From a virus, in the IMG/VR virus record IMGVR_UViG_3300016675_000314: DNA of 64,000 nucleotides. The stretch is one strand, 5' to 3'. The notes below the pieces were generated by a model, which searched no databases, was not told the origin of the DNA, and saw nothing but the letters and a program-made list of their open reading frames with translations. Shown one piece after another: positions 47,677-58,460 of this stretch. Both the position numbers and the translations under genes were made by a program. Every line of letters begins with the position of its first letter. Positions within the stretch are counted from its first letter, which is position 1.

Positions 47677-50172
47677 TTATTTAATAACTACGTGTTTATT
47701 ATAAACACAATCTCTAGGTAAAATGATGTTTTCATCACAAAGCACTGTAACCTGAGCGTTTGTAAATGCGCCATAAATTCCATCATAATGGTTTACCATA
47801 TAAAGCTGACTAAAGGAATGCTGCTCTATTAGTGACTTTACAACACCTATGGCTGCTAGGCGGTGCGTATTATCAAGATTAGCTGCAAATTCATCAAGCA
47901 TTATTGGTGAAGACCCTAAACCGAGCTGTTTCATAGTAAGTACCACAAACGCTAGATTTATAATTTCTTGTTGTCCGGTACTACACCTAGACACATCAGG
48001 CACAAGTCCAGCATTGCCAGGTATTTCTACAGGAAACTTATAGTCTAAATCAACTTTATCTAGATCTTCAATATTACATGCTTGAATGACCATGTTATAA
48101 GACCACACCTTACTAATGAAATAATTCATTTGTTTAGTAAAAGTCTTAATAAACCCAAGCATGCCTTCGGCGATTAGGCCATCAGTAGGTGATAACTCAT
48201 TTACTAATAGCTTTAAAGATGCTTCGTCAGTTTCAAGTAGTGTTATTTGATTTTTAATATCATTTATAATACTTCTTTGTCCACGTATTTCAGAAATAGC
48301 TAACTCTTTTCTAGAAAGAGCAGTCTGCACTGTTCTGACACAGTCGTTATATAGTTCTCTGCGAATAGCTTCGTTAGTCCTATTATAAATATCTTCGGAG
48401 GTCTCTAATAGTTTTTGTAAATTAGCTTTAAGAGACTCAACAGTCTTCTTATTATCGACTAATCTTTTCAAATTACTACCTTCTATTTTTAAAGCATTAG
48501 AGGACTGCGCTATATTGTACAGTTCTGCCTCTTTTACTTCTCTTATAGATTTGAGTTTGCTAAGGTCTTGCTCTCCAACCGCTTTAGCCAAAGAGATTAA
48601 TTCAATAACGTTTTTTATCTCTAATTTTAATTCATCTAATTCTTTTTTGATAAAGATAGCGTTATTAAAATCATTGAATATATTCAAAATACCGATAGGG
48701 TTTTGAAATAACAACTCGCTCTTATTAATAGCATCCCATAATGGGTTTAGTATTGATAAGGTTTTTGTAAGTTGTAAATAGTTATTAAAGTTTTGGAAAT
48801 AAACCTGTATTTGATTTACTAGCTCTTTTGCATTTGTTATTTTATCTTCAATACGATTAAGCGCTGTTTCGTGTTTAGCGATAGAATCTAAAATAACATT
48901 ATAAGAATCTTCACTATAGTTTAAATGCCATTTATGGGTGCATTTAGGGCATTGCACAGCCGGTGAGTCTCTATGTAGCTCCTGGTGCTGTTTCTTTGCT
49001 TGTAGGGCCGTTAAATCGTTTTGTAGAGCCAGTCTATCTTTATTAAGAGTTTCTATCTCATCAAGCGTCTTTTGATAAGTAATTCTAGAATAATATTTGT
49101 CAGGATTAGCTACAATAGTGCTGGCGCAACTATTTATAGCTTCACTTATAGATGATGCTGCTTCGTAATAGGTTTGATAATGAACAGAATCATTAAATTG
49201 ATATTTTAATTCTTTTAGCAGCGCAGCTTCTCTTAATTGTAAATTCAATAATTTACTAGTCAAATCTTCAATATTACTGCCTTGTGTTTTTTCCAAAGCA
49301 CCAATAGACTGGTCTATATCTTCTATTTCGGTTATTAGTTTATTAGATAAAAGCTCATTTGCTCTCACGCTACCTGCTACCTTAGCAATAGAGTCATTTA
49401 GCTCTTCAAAACTAATAAAACCTATGCCAGGGTTATTTCTACTAAGTGTTATAAGTGATTTTGATACAGTAGTTATTTGACAATACAGCTCGTCTTCTAA
49501 TTTTTTAATATCCTCTTTAGTTTCTTCAAGAGGCTTACGATTTTCTAACATCATAGATATAAACTTATGTAGTTCATCTACTTCTTTTTCTAGTCTGTTT
49601 TGAAAATCAATATCTACTATTTTTTCAGTTTCTTGTACTAAACGTTTTTTAAGTGTTTTTATAGTGCCGCTAATGTCTCTATATTTTTCTTTAAGTTTAT
49701 TATAGACTCTAATAGCGTAATCATAATTAGTGTTAGAAAGCTTTGTAAACCAAAATCTCCTACTAGATGGAGACATTAGTGTAAAGCGCTCCCTAAAGGT
49801 AATTATTTCATGTATGTCTTGTGTGTATCCGAATAGTTGGGACACTATTTCTTTTTGTACAGTAATAGTTCCGCCTGGGTTAAGATTTTCACAATTGTTC
49901 TTAACGATAGAGTGTTCTTGTTTAGGTGAGAACAAAGATTTAAGAACGTAGCTATCTCCGTTGTGTTCAATATGAATTTCTTTAAAACCATCTTTGGTAA
50001 AGTCTGCCCCATTACCAGGTAGTGGACTGAGTTCACTTATTAAAGATGATTTACCACTACCGTTAGTACCAAGAATAAGTTGTACTGTACTTGTAGGGTT
50101 TATTTCAAAGTAATGAATACTTTTTATAGCTAGTTTTTTATACCCGCTAAGAATAAGCTTGGTGTACTTCAT
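47677..50172 (-). CDS. sbcC: SbcC/Rad50-like SMC ATPase (phiKZ gp165-like)
   Basis: Walker A GTNGSGKSS, coiled coils with a CPKC zinc hook, signature CSTGQQE and Walker B MLDE. Confidence 0.9.
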   Translation of the reverse strand: MKYTKLILSGYKKLAIKSIHYFEINPTSTVQLILGTNGSGKSSLISELSPLPGNGADFTKDGFKEIHIEHNGDSYVLKSLFSPKQEHSIVKNNCENLNPGGTITVQKEIVSQLFGYTQDIHEIITFRERFTLMSPSSRRFWFTKLSNTNYDYAIRVYNKLKEKYRDISGTIKTLKKRLVQETEKIVDIDFQNRLEKEVDELHKFISMMLENRKPLEETKEDIKKLEDELYCQITTVSKSLITLSRNNPGIGFISFEELNDSIAKVAGSVRANELLSNKLITEIEDIDQSIGALEKTQGSNIEDLTSKLLNLQLREAALLKELKYQFNDSVHYQTYYEAASSISEAINSCASTIVANPDKYYSRITYQKTLDEIETLNKDRLALQNDLTALQAKKQHQELHRDSPAVQCPKCTHKWHLNYSEDSYNVILDSIAKHETALNRIEDKITNAKELVNQIQVYFQNFNNYLQLTKTLSILNPLWDAINKSELLFQNPIGILNIFNDFNNAIFIKKELDELKLEIKNVIELISLAKAVGEQDLSKLKSIREVKEAELYNIAQSSNALKIEGSNLKRLVDNKKTVESLKANLQKLLETSEDIYNRTNEAIRRELYNDCVRTVQTALSRKELAISEIRGQRSIINDIKNQITLLETDEASLKLLVNELSPTDGLIAEGMLGFIKTFTKQMNYFISKVWSYNMVIQACNIEDLDKVDLDYKFPVEIPGNAGLVPDVSRCSTGQQEIINLAFVVLTMKQLGLGSSPIMLDEFAANLDNTHRLAAIGVVKSLIEQHSFSQLYMVNHYDGIYGAFTNAQVTVLCDENIILPRDCVYNKHVVIK

Positions 50173-50267
50173 ACTGCATTTAAGAATTATTTGTAAACTT
50201 ATTTTGTATCTATTACTAGAGACTTACATTTAATTTGAGTCACTAGTATTTTATTCTAAGGTTAAAA

Positions 50268-51242
50268 ATGTCTAAAGAAATTAAGGACGATTCCGTACAA
50301 CGAGACCAGTTACCTGGTACAGGTACAGGAATATCATCTTTTAGATTTTATTCCCTAGGCATTGTTGCGGCTAATAAGAAACTCTCTAGTGATTATATTG
50401 AAGTAGTTCCGGTAGAGCACTTTTCTTTTGTTGATGGAGAGATTACTGACAATAAAGAAGAATTGGAAGAAGAGTCACAGACCTTTACGGAAGAAAAGTG
50501 GAAAGTTAAATTAGATACAACGCCCTCTATTATGGCTAGGTGGTTATCTTTAGCTAATACAAATAGAATTACTTCACCAGATGTTCGTCGTGGTGAAGTA
50601 GTGATGATTTATCAATTTGGCGATGCTGATGAGTATTGGTGGACAGATCTTCTTACAGACGATAAGAAAACCAGAAAAACAAGACGCTTAGAAACAGTGG
50701 TCTTTGCTATTAGTAATAATCCAAAAGAAAACACACCGGATGATTCTGACTCTACGTACTGGGTGGAGTTTAGCACACATAGGCAGATAGTTCATCTCCA
50801 CACAAGTAAATCAAATAAAGAACCATTTGAATACGATATTCAGATAAACACTAAAGACGGTAGAATTGTAATAAAAGATGACGACGAAAATTACATCTTT
50901 TTAGATTCAGCTGAGAGACGTATTAAATTACACAATAAAGATACGTCTTATGTAGATATCGACAAAAAAGACATTACATTACATAGTCTTAATAAAGTAC
51001 ATGTAAAAACAAAACATTTTATTGTAGACGCAAAAGAAACTATAACTACAGATACTAAGAAATACACAGAAACTACAAGAACATATAAAATGCAAACGCA
51101 AGAGTATAGGATCAACTCCACTAGCGTTTATTATGTTAATACGCCGGATGCACGACACAGTACTGACATCACAGCTGGAGCTAATATTAGCGCAGGTGGT
51201 AACGTTCATGGTAGTACATATTCTGGTGGTCACCATACTTAA
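50268..51242 (+). CDS. Baseplate central spike, VgrG/gp5-like (phiKZ gp164-like)
   Basis: 324 aa; N-terminal OB-fold-like region, beta-strand repeats (IVIKDDDENYIFLDS..IKLHNKD.SYVDIDKKDITL) and C-terminal His residues (HGSTYSGGHHT); next to sbcC as in phiKZ. Confidence 0.65.
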   Translation: MSKEIKDDSVQRDQLPGTGTGISSFRFYSLGIVAANKKLSSDYIEVVPVEHFSFVDGEITDNKEELEEESQTFTEEKWKVKLDTTPSIMARWLSLANTNRITSPDVRRGEVVMIYQFGDADEYWWTDLLTDDKKTRKTRRLETVVFAISNNPKENTPDDSDSTYWVEFSTHRQIVHLHTSKSNKEPFEYDIQINTKDGRIVIKDDDENYIFLDSAERRIKLHNKDTSYVDIDKKDITLHSLNKVHVKTKHFIVDAKETITTDTKKYTETTRTYKMQTQEYRINSTSVYYVNTPDARHSTDITAGANISAGGNVHGSTYSGGHHT

Positions 51243-51262
51243 ATAAAAAAAAAAGAACCAAC

Positions 51263-51303
51263 ACATACACCCTACTGCGTGGCGCTCGCAGTAGGGTGTA
51301 TGT
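51263..51303. terminator. Hairpin between convergent genes; the perfect 17-bp stem includes CATA/TATG
   Basis: acatacaccctactgcg-tggcgct-cgcagtagggtgtatgt; an A10 run at 51245-51254 gives a displaced U-tract on the minus strand. Confidence 0.75.
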
Positions 51304-51311
51304 TTGTTTAG

Positions 51312-53210
51312 TTACTTTTTAGTAATCAAGATAACAGAGTTTCCGATAATGCCTTCATTGACTTCGTAAAGTACTCGATCGGATGTTTCAATATAGTGGT
51401 GTGCAAATCCTGCAGGCCAATTTTTAACCGACTTAAACAGCGCGTCAACAAAATTAGCAAGAGCTGGGAAACGCTTACTTGTAATTAGGTTTCCGTGTCC
51501 CTCAAGAACACCAATATTGAGTTCCTTAGAAGTAACACCGATTGTCGTAACAGAAACAGCCTGAGGTATACTGGTGATAAACTCAATATCTTCGGCGTGC
51601 TCTCCTTCCATAATCAGTTCATTATATTCATCAGACAGATATGTTTTTGCAAACACGCCGGCAATAAATGTTTCCTGATTACTAGCTACTGCTTTAGAAT
51701 AGGTTTCACCATATTTTTTGTCCAGGTAAGGGATAACTGTTGCTGAGTCCTCGATAAAACTATCTATCCTAAGACTGAAACTCAATCTAGTTTGCAAGAA
51801 CGAGGTAAATTCATCAGCCAAGAACTCATCAAGCTCACTAATGAATGAACTAATATCGGGATAAGCTGCCGTGTTTTTAGAATCATTAAGCGTTTGATTA
51901 ATGATTGCGGACAGATTTGCAAAGGTCTTGCAATTAGCCAAACGAAGCAATAGGCCCCTATGGTTCTTAGAACTAATAATGTTTTTCAAAACAATGCCAT
52001 AACTGGTTACGGCTTTACCTTGAATCTTAGATTTATTATTTCTGTACAGCTTTGCGCGATTATCAAACAGGTAGCTATCAAGTGTGTCGTAAATAGCAAT
52101 ATTGTCACCGCTATCTACAGTTGAATCAATGGCACCACTTATGGCTTTAATTGATTTTTCTTCGGCAGCTTGAGCAGTACTTTCTGATAGTTTTTCCAGA
52201 GTTTGCTCACCCACCGTTGTGTTTACTGGGACTGTTGTCATGTGTCGCGCGCGATCCATCTCATCTCCTTGTGCTGTAGGGGTAATAGGAACAATTTTCA
52301 TAACAAAACAAGACTTCGAAGTAACGGGGTCAATCGAAGGCTCAAGAACATATGTCTCACTATTTGCTTTAAATGCAATTGGGTATGCCTGCAAACCGCT
52401 GCTGCGCCATACAGGGTTTTTAACACTAGCGGCGGCGCTTAGTTGCTGATGCGTAGTTTGCTGCGCTTGTTGAGACGGCGCGCTTGTATTAAGATAAGAG
52501 TATTTACCAGAGTCTTGCTGTGCTTGTGGCTGTGCAGTAACTGGCGTGCCAATAGGTACACCGGGCGCAGCAAACATGGGATTACCGGAAGTAATGGCGC
52601 CAGAATGCAGCGGCGTCATATTTGGCATACCTACGGGAGGCTGCATCATCATCTGCGGAAAACCACCGCCGGGATACATACCTGGCTGCTGGTACATAGT
52701 TTGTTGCATTGGTTGTCCTGTTTTCATGGCCTGAATTTGACGATATACATTAATAGACTCGTTATAATGGTTACGTGCCTCATTAAGAATTCGCTGATCA
52801 AGACATTGATTAAATTGCTGATTTGTACTGATATGTCCTGCCATCTCAAACTGAACCGCCGCCAACGCAGCTTGTTCAATAGCTTCTTGCGTATAGCTAT
52901 TGAGCCTGTAGATCAAGATGTCAATAGCATTAGAAACCAGTGTCGAGAAGATTTGATTATTATATCCGCCAGTTGTAACCAGATTATACAAATAGTATCT
53001 GCCAGGGTGAGGAGCCTGCCCTTGAGACACTAGTCCATTTACCTTATTAGCTACAGCTGCCGCCACCGCACCAACAATAGCAGGATTGGTGTTTGGTGGA
53101 AGCATGATCTGAGGGATTACGGGAGGACTATTGGGATGAAACATTGTGGGCGGTGTATTACAGCACGTGGTGTTGATCCCGTTGATTTGCGGCGTTGGTA
53201 TATATGACAC
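51312..53210 (-). CDS. Conserved hypothetical protein with a Q/P/M/G-rich low-complexity region
   Basis: 632 aa directly downstream of the nvRNAP beta gene. Confidence 0.6.
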   Translation of the reverse strand: MSYIPTPQINGINTTCCNTPPTMFHPNSPPVIPQIMLPPNTNPAIVGAVAAAVANKVNGLVSQGQAPHPGRYYLYNLVTTGGYNNQIFSTLVSNAIDILIYRLNSYTQEAIEQAALAAVQFEMAGHISTNQQFNQCLDQRILNEARNHYNESINVYRQIQAMKTGQPMQQTMYQQPGMYPGGGFPQMMMQPPVGMPNMTPLHSGAITSGNPMFAAPGVPIGTPVTAQPQAQQDSGKYSYLNTSAPSQQAQQTTHQQLSAAASVKNPVWRSSGLQAYPIAFKANSETYVLEPSIDPVTSKSCFVMKIVPITPTAQGDEMDRARHMTTVPVNTTVGEQTLEKLSESTAQAAEEKSIKAISGAIDSTVDSGDNIAIYDTLDSYLFDNRAKLYRNNKSKIQGKAVTSYGIVLKNIISSKNHRGLLLRLANCKTFANLSAIINQTLNDSKNTAAYPDISSFISELDEFLADEFTSFLQTRLSFSLRIDSFIEDSATVIPYLDKKYGETYSKAVASNQETFIAGVFAKTYLSDEYNELIMEGEHAEDIEFITSIPQAVSVTTIGVTSKELNIGVLEGHGNLITSKRFPALANFVDALFKSVKNWPAGFAHHYIETSDRVLYEVNEGIIGNSVILITKK

Positions 53211-53239
53211 GGTTATTTCCTTTAGGGTATTATTTTATA

Positions 53240-54859
53240 TCAAACAGTTGGAATATCTGTTAGCATTTCTTGTATTCTGTCAAGCATCTGGGCTTTCTCA
53301 GGATCACGGATAATCCTGCCTCGTTCATCTATCTTGACATGTGGGTTAATACAAGCTCTGCCGTCAGGTTCATTCTTAGGAAGATTAGAAAATCCACCAA
53401 CTTCAGCAACAGAGACATGCAATCTTTTACTACTGTCTCTTAGCGATGGTCGTTCTCTGGCGCCTGTTCTAGAATTTGAAGTTTTCTTAGGAACAAGGTT
53501 GGTTGTAATGCCGAAGAATTCATTATCGCCTGAATAGCTTTCAAGTTTAGCGCAGCCGTTTCCTTTAGTAAGACCATACAGCGCTCTTGCGCGAAACCTT
53601 GTATTCATGATGGTCTCTACGTCTCTTTCTTTTAAGCCTCTTTTAGCTTTAGCTTTCAGTTTAAAGTAGGTGTCAAATATTGAAGATGTAATTGGGTAAA
53701 GTGCATCGTAAAGCACAGATAGCTCTTTACCATACATTGAGTTAATAGTCTTTGGGGACATTCTTACCCAGTCATCAATATTGTTAAGAACAACAATGAA
53801 CAACTCATAAATGTCGTTACAATTATATCCGTCGTTATGGAGTTTTTCCTTAACGATGTTATCCACATAGTCGTCAAGCGAATTGATGTGGTCAGATATT
53901 TCCTCAATTACCCAGCCTGTGTGTAAATCAGAGCCAAACAGAATGTGTCCTAGAATGATTCGCCACATTTTTGGCTCGTTGACCCAGTCAGCTTGCATGT
54001 TGTGTGCAAAATGATCGGTCACGTAATAAAAACCAGCCACCAGAGCTAAAGTGAGTTTATTTATCTTATCGTTAGGTATAGCCATTACGATGATATTGTT
54101 ACCAAAGTACTTTTGCTTACCATAACCAGACGGTTTTACTTTTCTAGAACGAAAGATAGTCCAGCAGTCGTCTGGATACAACTGCTCAGTGATATCGGTC
54201 TCATTACCAATCACAGGCGTTACACCAGCAAACCTTTTAAATGCATCACTGACACCATACTTACAAAACAAGTAATGCGCCACACTACATTCAGCTTTAA
54301 CAGATGGTTTATATTCTTTGTTTTTATTGTGATAGATCAACGAGTGCACCATTTGTACTGTGACTGATCTATTGTTCATAAAGACATGATAAGGTGTTCG
54401 TTCAAAATTTAACTTATCACGAAGCAACCTAATAAAGACCCCTTTATCACTTGGTGAAAAAGTACTGTCTGTCAATGTAGGTGTAATAAAATAACGTGTG
54501 CCATTTAGAACACAACTACCTGAATCACCCACAAACGGCAGGTATGCATATCTAGGTGTTTTAAGAGGAACGCCATTAAAGCTAAAATGAAACTTCATTA
54601 AAAACATGTCGTTTCTAGCTACATCAAATAGACGTTTGCTATTTTTCTTTGCTGTAGCAAAATGAAACTCCTCTTCAGGAGTACATCGCTCACATCCGTC
54701 GTATTTTAGTTCAGGAGGAAAGTTTTTAGCAGCTACTTCAAACACAGAGTTGACATACTTTTCAGTGTGAGCCATGTGTTTTACAGCCAACCCTTTAGCA
54801 ATATCACTATTGATTTTAGGGACTTTCCTTTTTACGATTGAGACTACTTGGTCATCCAT
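53240..54859 (-). CDS. Non-virion RNA polymerase beta subunit N-terminal part (phiKZ gp123-like)
   Basis: 539 aa; the N-terminus KVPKINSDIAKGLAVKHM, YAYLPFV, GTRYFITPTLTD and RLHVSVAEVG resemble gp123. Located two genes from the MCP. Confidence 0.78.
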   Translation of the reverse strand: MDDQVVSIVKRKVPKINSDIAKGLAVKHMAHTEKYVNSVFEVAAKNFPPELKYDGCERCTPEEEFHFATAKKNSKRLFDVARNDMFLMKFHFSFNGVPLKTPRYAYLPFVGDSGSCVLNGTRYFITPTLTDSTFSPSDKGVFIRLLRDKLNFERTPYHVFMNNRSVTVQMVHSLIYHNKNKEYKPSVKAECSVAHYLFCKYGVSDAFKRFAGVTPVIGNETDITEQLYPDDCWTIFRSRKVKPSGYGKQKYFGNNIIVMAIPNDKINKLTLALVAGFYYVTDHFAHNMQADWVNEPKMWRIILGHILFGSDLHTGWVIEEISDHINSLDDYVDNIVKEKLHNDGYNCNDIYELFIVVLNNIDDWVRMSPKTINSMYGKELSVLYDALYPITSSIFDTYFKLKAKAKRGLKERDVETIMNTRFRARALYGLTKGNGCAKLESYSGDNEFFGITTNLVPKKTSNSRTGARERPSLRDSSKRLHVSVAEVGGFSNLPKNEPDGRACINPHVKIDERGRIIRDPEKAQMLDRIQEMLTDIPTV

Positions 54860-54895
54860 CCGACACTACTCCCGATTGTTCAGATAAATCCACGT

Positions 54896-56164
54896 TTATT
54901 TCTGTTCTTTTATTTTCACTATAGCTGTAACAGCACCAGCCACAGCTAGGATTACTGGGACGGTGAACTTTATAATGTCACTTACGTCTTTTCTCCATGC
55001 ATTTTTTACTTCATATTCCTGCTTTTGTAAATCAACCGCATGCTTCTTATCTAACAAGATTTGTGCTTGTAGTATTTTCTTATTTTCTTCGGATGTTTTA
55101 AGTAACTCTGTTGTTCTTTGGTGATCTGCTAAAAGCATTTTATATTGTTGCTCTTGTATTTTACTGTCAGCAATCAATTTTTCTACTTCTAAGCTTTTAT
55201 TAGCTAACTCATTTTTTGCTAAAGTTAGATTATTTTCAGATTCAAGTATTCTTAATTTTACACCGTTTTTAGGATCACCACCGTACTGTGCTTCTTCGTA
55301 TGTTTTATATATTCCTAGCACTTTCTCAGCATCATCAATACTAACCATGGTTTTAACCATGTAATGCTCAGACGGTGAATCCATTTTCTTTTGACGAGTA
55401 TAGATATAAATCCCGTCTGTGCTATTGATATCTACTTTTGGTGTAAGTTTTTGTATTTGACCGCACAAGTTTACATAACGCGCACCGCGCTTACCGCTGT
55501 TATCAACATACACTAACTTTATTGTTGCGTTATCGGTATCGTCAAAATCACCTTTTATTTTATTATTATGTTTTACAGTAGTTTGACTAAAGGGGTGGGC
55601 TGGCGTCTTATCAGGTGAGATCGTGGTGATCACTACGTCTTGATTAGTGACGTAGATTGATTGACGGTGTTCTGTAAACTCTGTCTCTTTAATTTCATAA
55701 TCTAGTACTGCGTTAATATCACCATAAGTGCTTCTCTGGTTTATAACGCTTTGCATTAGGTAATTCAATTCCTCATTATTGAGGTATTGATAACCTTCCA
55801 TATTTTTTAGAAAATCATCAACAAAAGCTTTACGAACAGACCAAGTTACCCTTAGTGTAAAGGTGCCGTTAGTGTTTCCGTTAAACCTAGGAATATGTGT
55901 TATAACACCAGTTCTATCAACTACTGTTAAATCATACTTTGTTGAGTTAAAATACCTTATTTCTTTGCATACATAAGCCTGAGTAATATCATAATTGTTA
56001 ATCATGATTTCACTAGGTTTAAGAGGTCTCACATATGTACCTACAACCCCGTCACTTGTGTTCTTTATCATAATAGTCCTTATATCTGTATTTTTTAAAA
56101 CAACACATTGGTAGTAAGTACTTAAACTCCGATGCTCTTTATTATGATATACGACTGAAAACAA
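54896..56164 (-). CDS. Conserved hypothetical protein with a coiled coil and C-terminal hydrophobic segment
   Basis: 422-aa ORF (the true start may be downstream); GIYKTYEEAQYGGD motif. Confidence 0.55.
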   Translation of the reverse strand: MFSVVYHNKEHRSLSTYYQCVVLKNTDIRTIMIKNTSDGVVGTYVRPLKPSEIMINNYDITQAYVCKEIRYFNSTKYDLTVVDRTGVITHIPRFNGNTNGTFTLRVTWSVRKAFVDDFLKNMEGYQYLNNEELNYLMQSVINQRSTYGDINAVLDYEIKETEFTEHRQSIYVTNQDVVITTISPDKTPAHPFSQTTVKHNNKIKGDFDDTDNATIKLVYVDNSGKRGARYVNLCGQIQKLTPKVDINSTDGIYIYTRQKKMDSPSEHYMVKTMVSIDDAEKVLGIYKTYEEAQYGGDPKNGVKLRILESENNLTLAKNELANKSLEVEKLIADSKIQEQQYKMLLADHQRTTELLKTSEENKKILQAQILLDKKHAVDLQKQEYEVKNAWRKDVSDIIKFTVPVILAVAGAVTAIVKIKEQK

Positions 56165-56184
56165 TTTAATTAGATATAAAACAT

Positions 56185-56223
56185 CATAGACTCCAGTAGG
56201 GTTTTGGCCCTACTGGAGTCTAT
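56185..56223 (-). terminator. Hairpin downstream of the MCP gene, 16-bp stem
   Basis: c-atagactccagtaggg-ttttgg-ccctactggagtctat. Confidence 0.72.
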
Positions 56224-56255
56224 AGTGGGAGACTAACTATTCACCTAATCAAGGA

Positions 56256-58460
56256 TTAGATGATGTCGGTAGCAACAGCAACCTTCGAAGCCACGACGCT
56301 TTGCAGACCAGTCACAGACAGCATGGACATGACAGGGCAGTTAACGATGTGCAGGAACGAAGGCATCACGGTCAGTTCCTTGGAGACTTGACCATTACGC
56401 GTGATAGGCAGCACCGTGGTCAGCTCAGGCTTCCACAGCATGTTACCGAAGTTCAGAGCTTGAGCAGCTTCGCCGCCATTAGCATAGCTGAACGCGACAG
56501 CAATCTTACCCTTCATACGTGCGTCGACCGTGTGCACAACCTTAACCTGGAAGTCAGGACCAACAGTGCGCAGGTCACCATCCACTTGCAGATAGCGTGC
56601 CAGCTCTTGATCGGTACCGATGACCACCACAGGGGGTTCAGCATTCACACCAAACATCGCATCAGAAGCAGCCTTGAAACCAGACTGCACGTACATGCGA
56701 TACACCAGGTCACGCACCTTGTTCACCAGCAGACCTTGCAGGTCCTTAGCACGCTCGGCAGAGGTGCGGCTATCAAGGGTAGTGGAGACATCCAGAGCTT
56801 CTTGGAAGAAGGTGGGACGCACCAACATACGACCAACACCCAGCAGCTGAGGAGGCTCGCCGGACGTATCACGCTGATCCACATATTGCGACAGCATGCT
56901 TGCGGTGTTCAGCAGTGTGGTGACTGCTGCGTTAGATGCACGCACTTGTGTCGTGGTGATCAGAGCACCCAGATCCGACGTATCGGTTTGACCGTCCGAG
57001 GACACGGGGCGAGCCACCGTGATAGGCGACAGCAGAGGCACTGCATAGCGCTGACGCCAGTACATCGTCTCCAGTTGATCACCGCGCTGACGACGGTTGC
57101 TATTCGTACGATATGCCTCAACATCGTAACCGATGATGGTGGCAGTAGCAAACAGGTTAGCAATGTCTTGACCAACGCCAGCAGATGTCAGCGACAGAGG
57201 ATTGCCAGAAGCATCCTTCACGGAAGCAACGGTCACGCGGTTACCAAAGACTTCAGTGGTAGCGGTTTGCAGATCCAGTTGACCAGACATATTGAGCGAC
57301 AGATAGACAATAACGTCATTTGTAGCGATGTCTGCCAGAGCGACCATAGCCGAGCCATCAGCGCGCTTCTTGTCCTTGTTCAGCATAGCGCCGTCGGTCG
57401 AGAAGTTCAGGGTCATCAGACGATGCTGACCTTGAACAGCCGAGACGAAGTTATTCGTAGCAAAACCAGTCACATCCAGACGCAGCACGTCAGTATTGGC
57501 GCCATTGACCACCTTCACATACACGTTCTTGAGCATGGGCGCCGTATCGATGGCGTCAGAGCTATCGAGCAGACCGTTAGCGATAAGAGCAGGGGTGCTA
57601 GAAATACCCAGCAGGCTGAAACGCTCACCAACCTTCAAAGGAGCAGTCAGCACGGTTTCGCGACCAACCAGCACGTTAGCAGGAGCCACGTCAGCAGGAG
57701 CCACAAAGTGGGCAGCGGTTTCGGCGCGATGCACGGGAACAATACGCGTAGAGTCGTTACGCAGAATTGTCCAGTCAATCATGGCGCGAATCACGTTACG
57801 ACGCTGGAAGTCGTTGACGGCACCAGAGATATCACGGCGCAGGTCACCGTCGAACACATTGATCAGGCGAACCGAAATATCGAAACCGACGTTATCGGGC
57901 GAAACAGTCAGCGTGGGGAAGAAAGCTTCACCGAAGTCGTTTTGACGCGAGGCTTGCAGGTTGTAAGCCATCGAGTACACGACCACGTCACGGTTTTCTT
58001 TTTCGTCATATGCTTCAAAGGCGGGGATGCGCTTGTCCAGCACGGGGCCTTGGGCTGCGATTTGATCCAGATCCACATTGGTCGTGAACGCTTCGTTAGC
58101 GAAGTTTACACGAGTGGGTTGGTTACGCCAGCGAGCAACGTCACCAGCGAGCACGCCAGCGATCAGCGACGCTTCGCGCTGTGCGCTCGTATACATACGG
58201 TCAACCTTCTTAGCATCAGAGACCGTGGTGCTAACAGCCGACTCAAGCGAGACTTGCAGGTCTTGCATTGCATCGTCCAGAGCAACCATCTGGCCTTCGT
58301 CAATGCTCTCCAGAGCAAAGATTGCAGGAGCAACGCTGGAGGCGCGGCTACGGAAACCTTGTGTGGCATCACGCAGAGTATCAACCAGATTGTCCAGCTG
58401 GTTCGTAGCGCGGTTATTGTGGCGCAGCTTTGCCAGCGCCAGAGTGCGAACATTTGCCAT
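56256..58460 (-). CDS. Major capsid protein (phiKZ gp120-like)
   Basis: 734 aa with AAGGA upstream; FALES/AFEAY protease-type sites; YNLQASRQNDFGEAFFPT and WKPEL motifs; strong GC-rich codon bias; adjacent to gp119-like and DnaB genes. Confidence 0.9.
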   Translation of the reverse strand: MANVRTLALAKLRHNNRATNQLDNLVDTLRDATQGFRSRASSVAPAIFALESIDEGQMVALDDAMQDLQVSLESAVSTTVSDAKKVDRMYTSAQREASLIAGVLAGDVARWRNQPTRVNFANEAFTTNVDLDQIAAQGPVLDKRIPAFEAYDEKENRDVVVYSMAYNLQASRQNDFGEAFFPTLTVSPDNVGFDISVRLINVFDGDLRRDISGAVNDFQRRNVIRAMIDWTILRNDSTRIVPVHRAETAAHFVAPADVAPANVLVGRETVLTAPLKVGERFSLLGISSTPALIANGLLDSSDAIDTAPMLKNVYVKVVNGANTDVLRLDVTGFATNNFVSAVQGQHRLMTLNFSTDGAMLNKDKKRADGSAMVALADIATNDVIVYLSLNMSGQLDLQTATTEVFGNRVTVASVKDASGNPLSLTSAGVGQDIANLFATATIIGYDVEAYRTNSNRRQRGDQLETMYWRQRYAVPLLSPITVARPVSSDGQTDTSDLGALITTTQVRASNAAVTTLLNTASMLSQYVDQRDTSGEPPQLLGVGRMLVRPTFFQEALDVSTTLDSRTSAERAKDLQGLLVNKVRDLVYRMYVQSGFKAASDAMFGVNAEPPVVVIGTDQELARYLQVDGDLRTVGPDFQVKVVHTVDARMKGKIAVAFSYANGGEAAQALNFGNMLWKPELTTVLPITRNGQVSKELTVMPSFLHIVNCPVMSMLSVTGLQSVVASKVAVATDII
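56386..56465 (-). repeat. Direct repeat, copy B (native MCP segment AQALNFGNMLWKPELTTVLPITRNGQV)
   Basis: 73/80 nt identical to 15711-15790. Confidence 0.95.
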
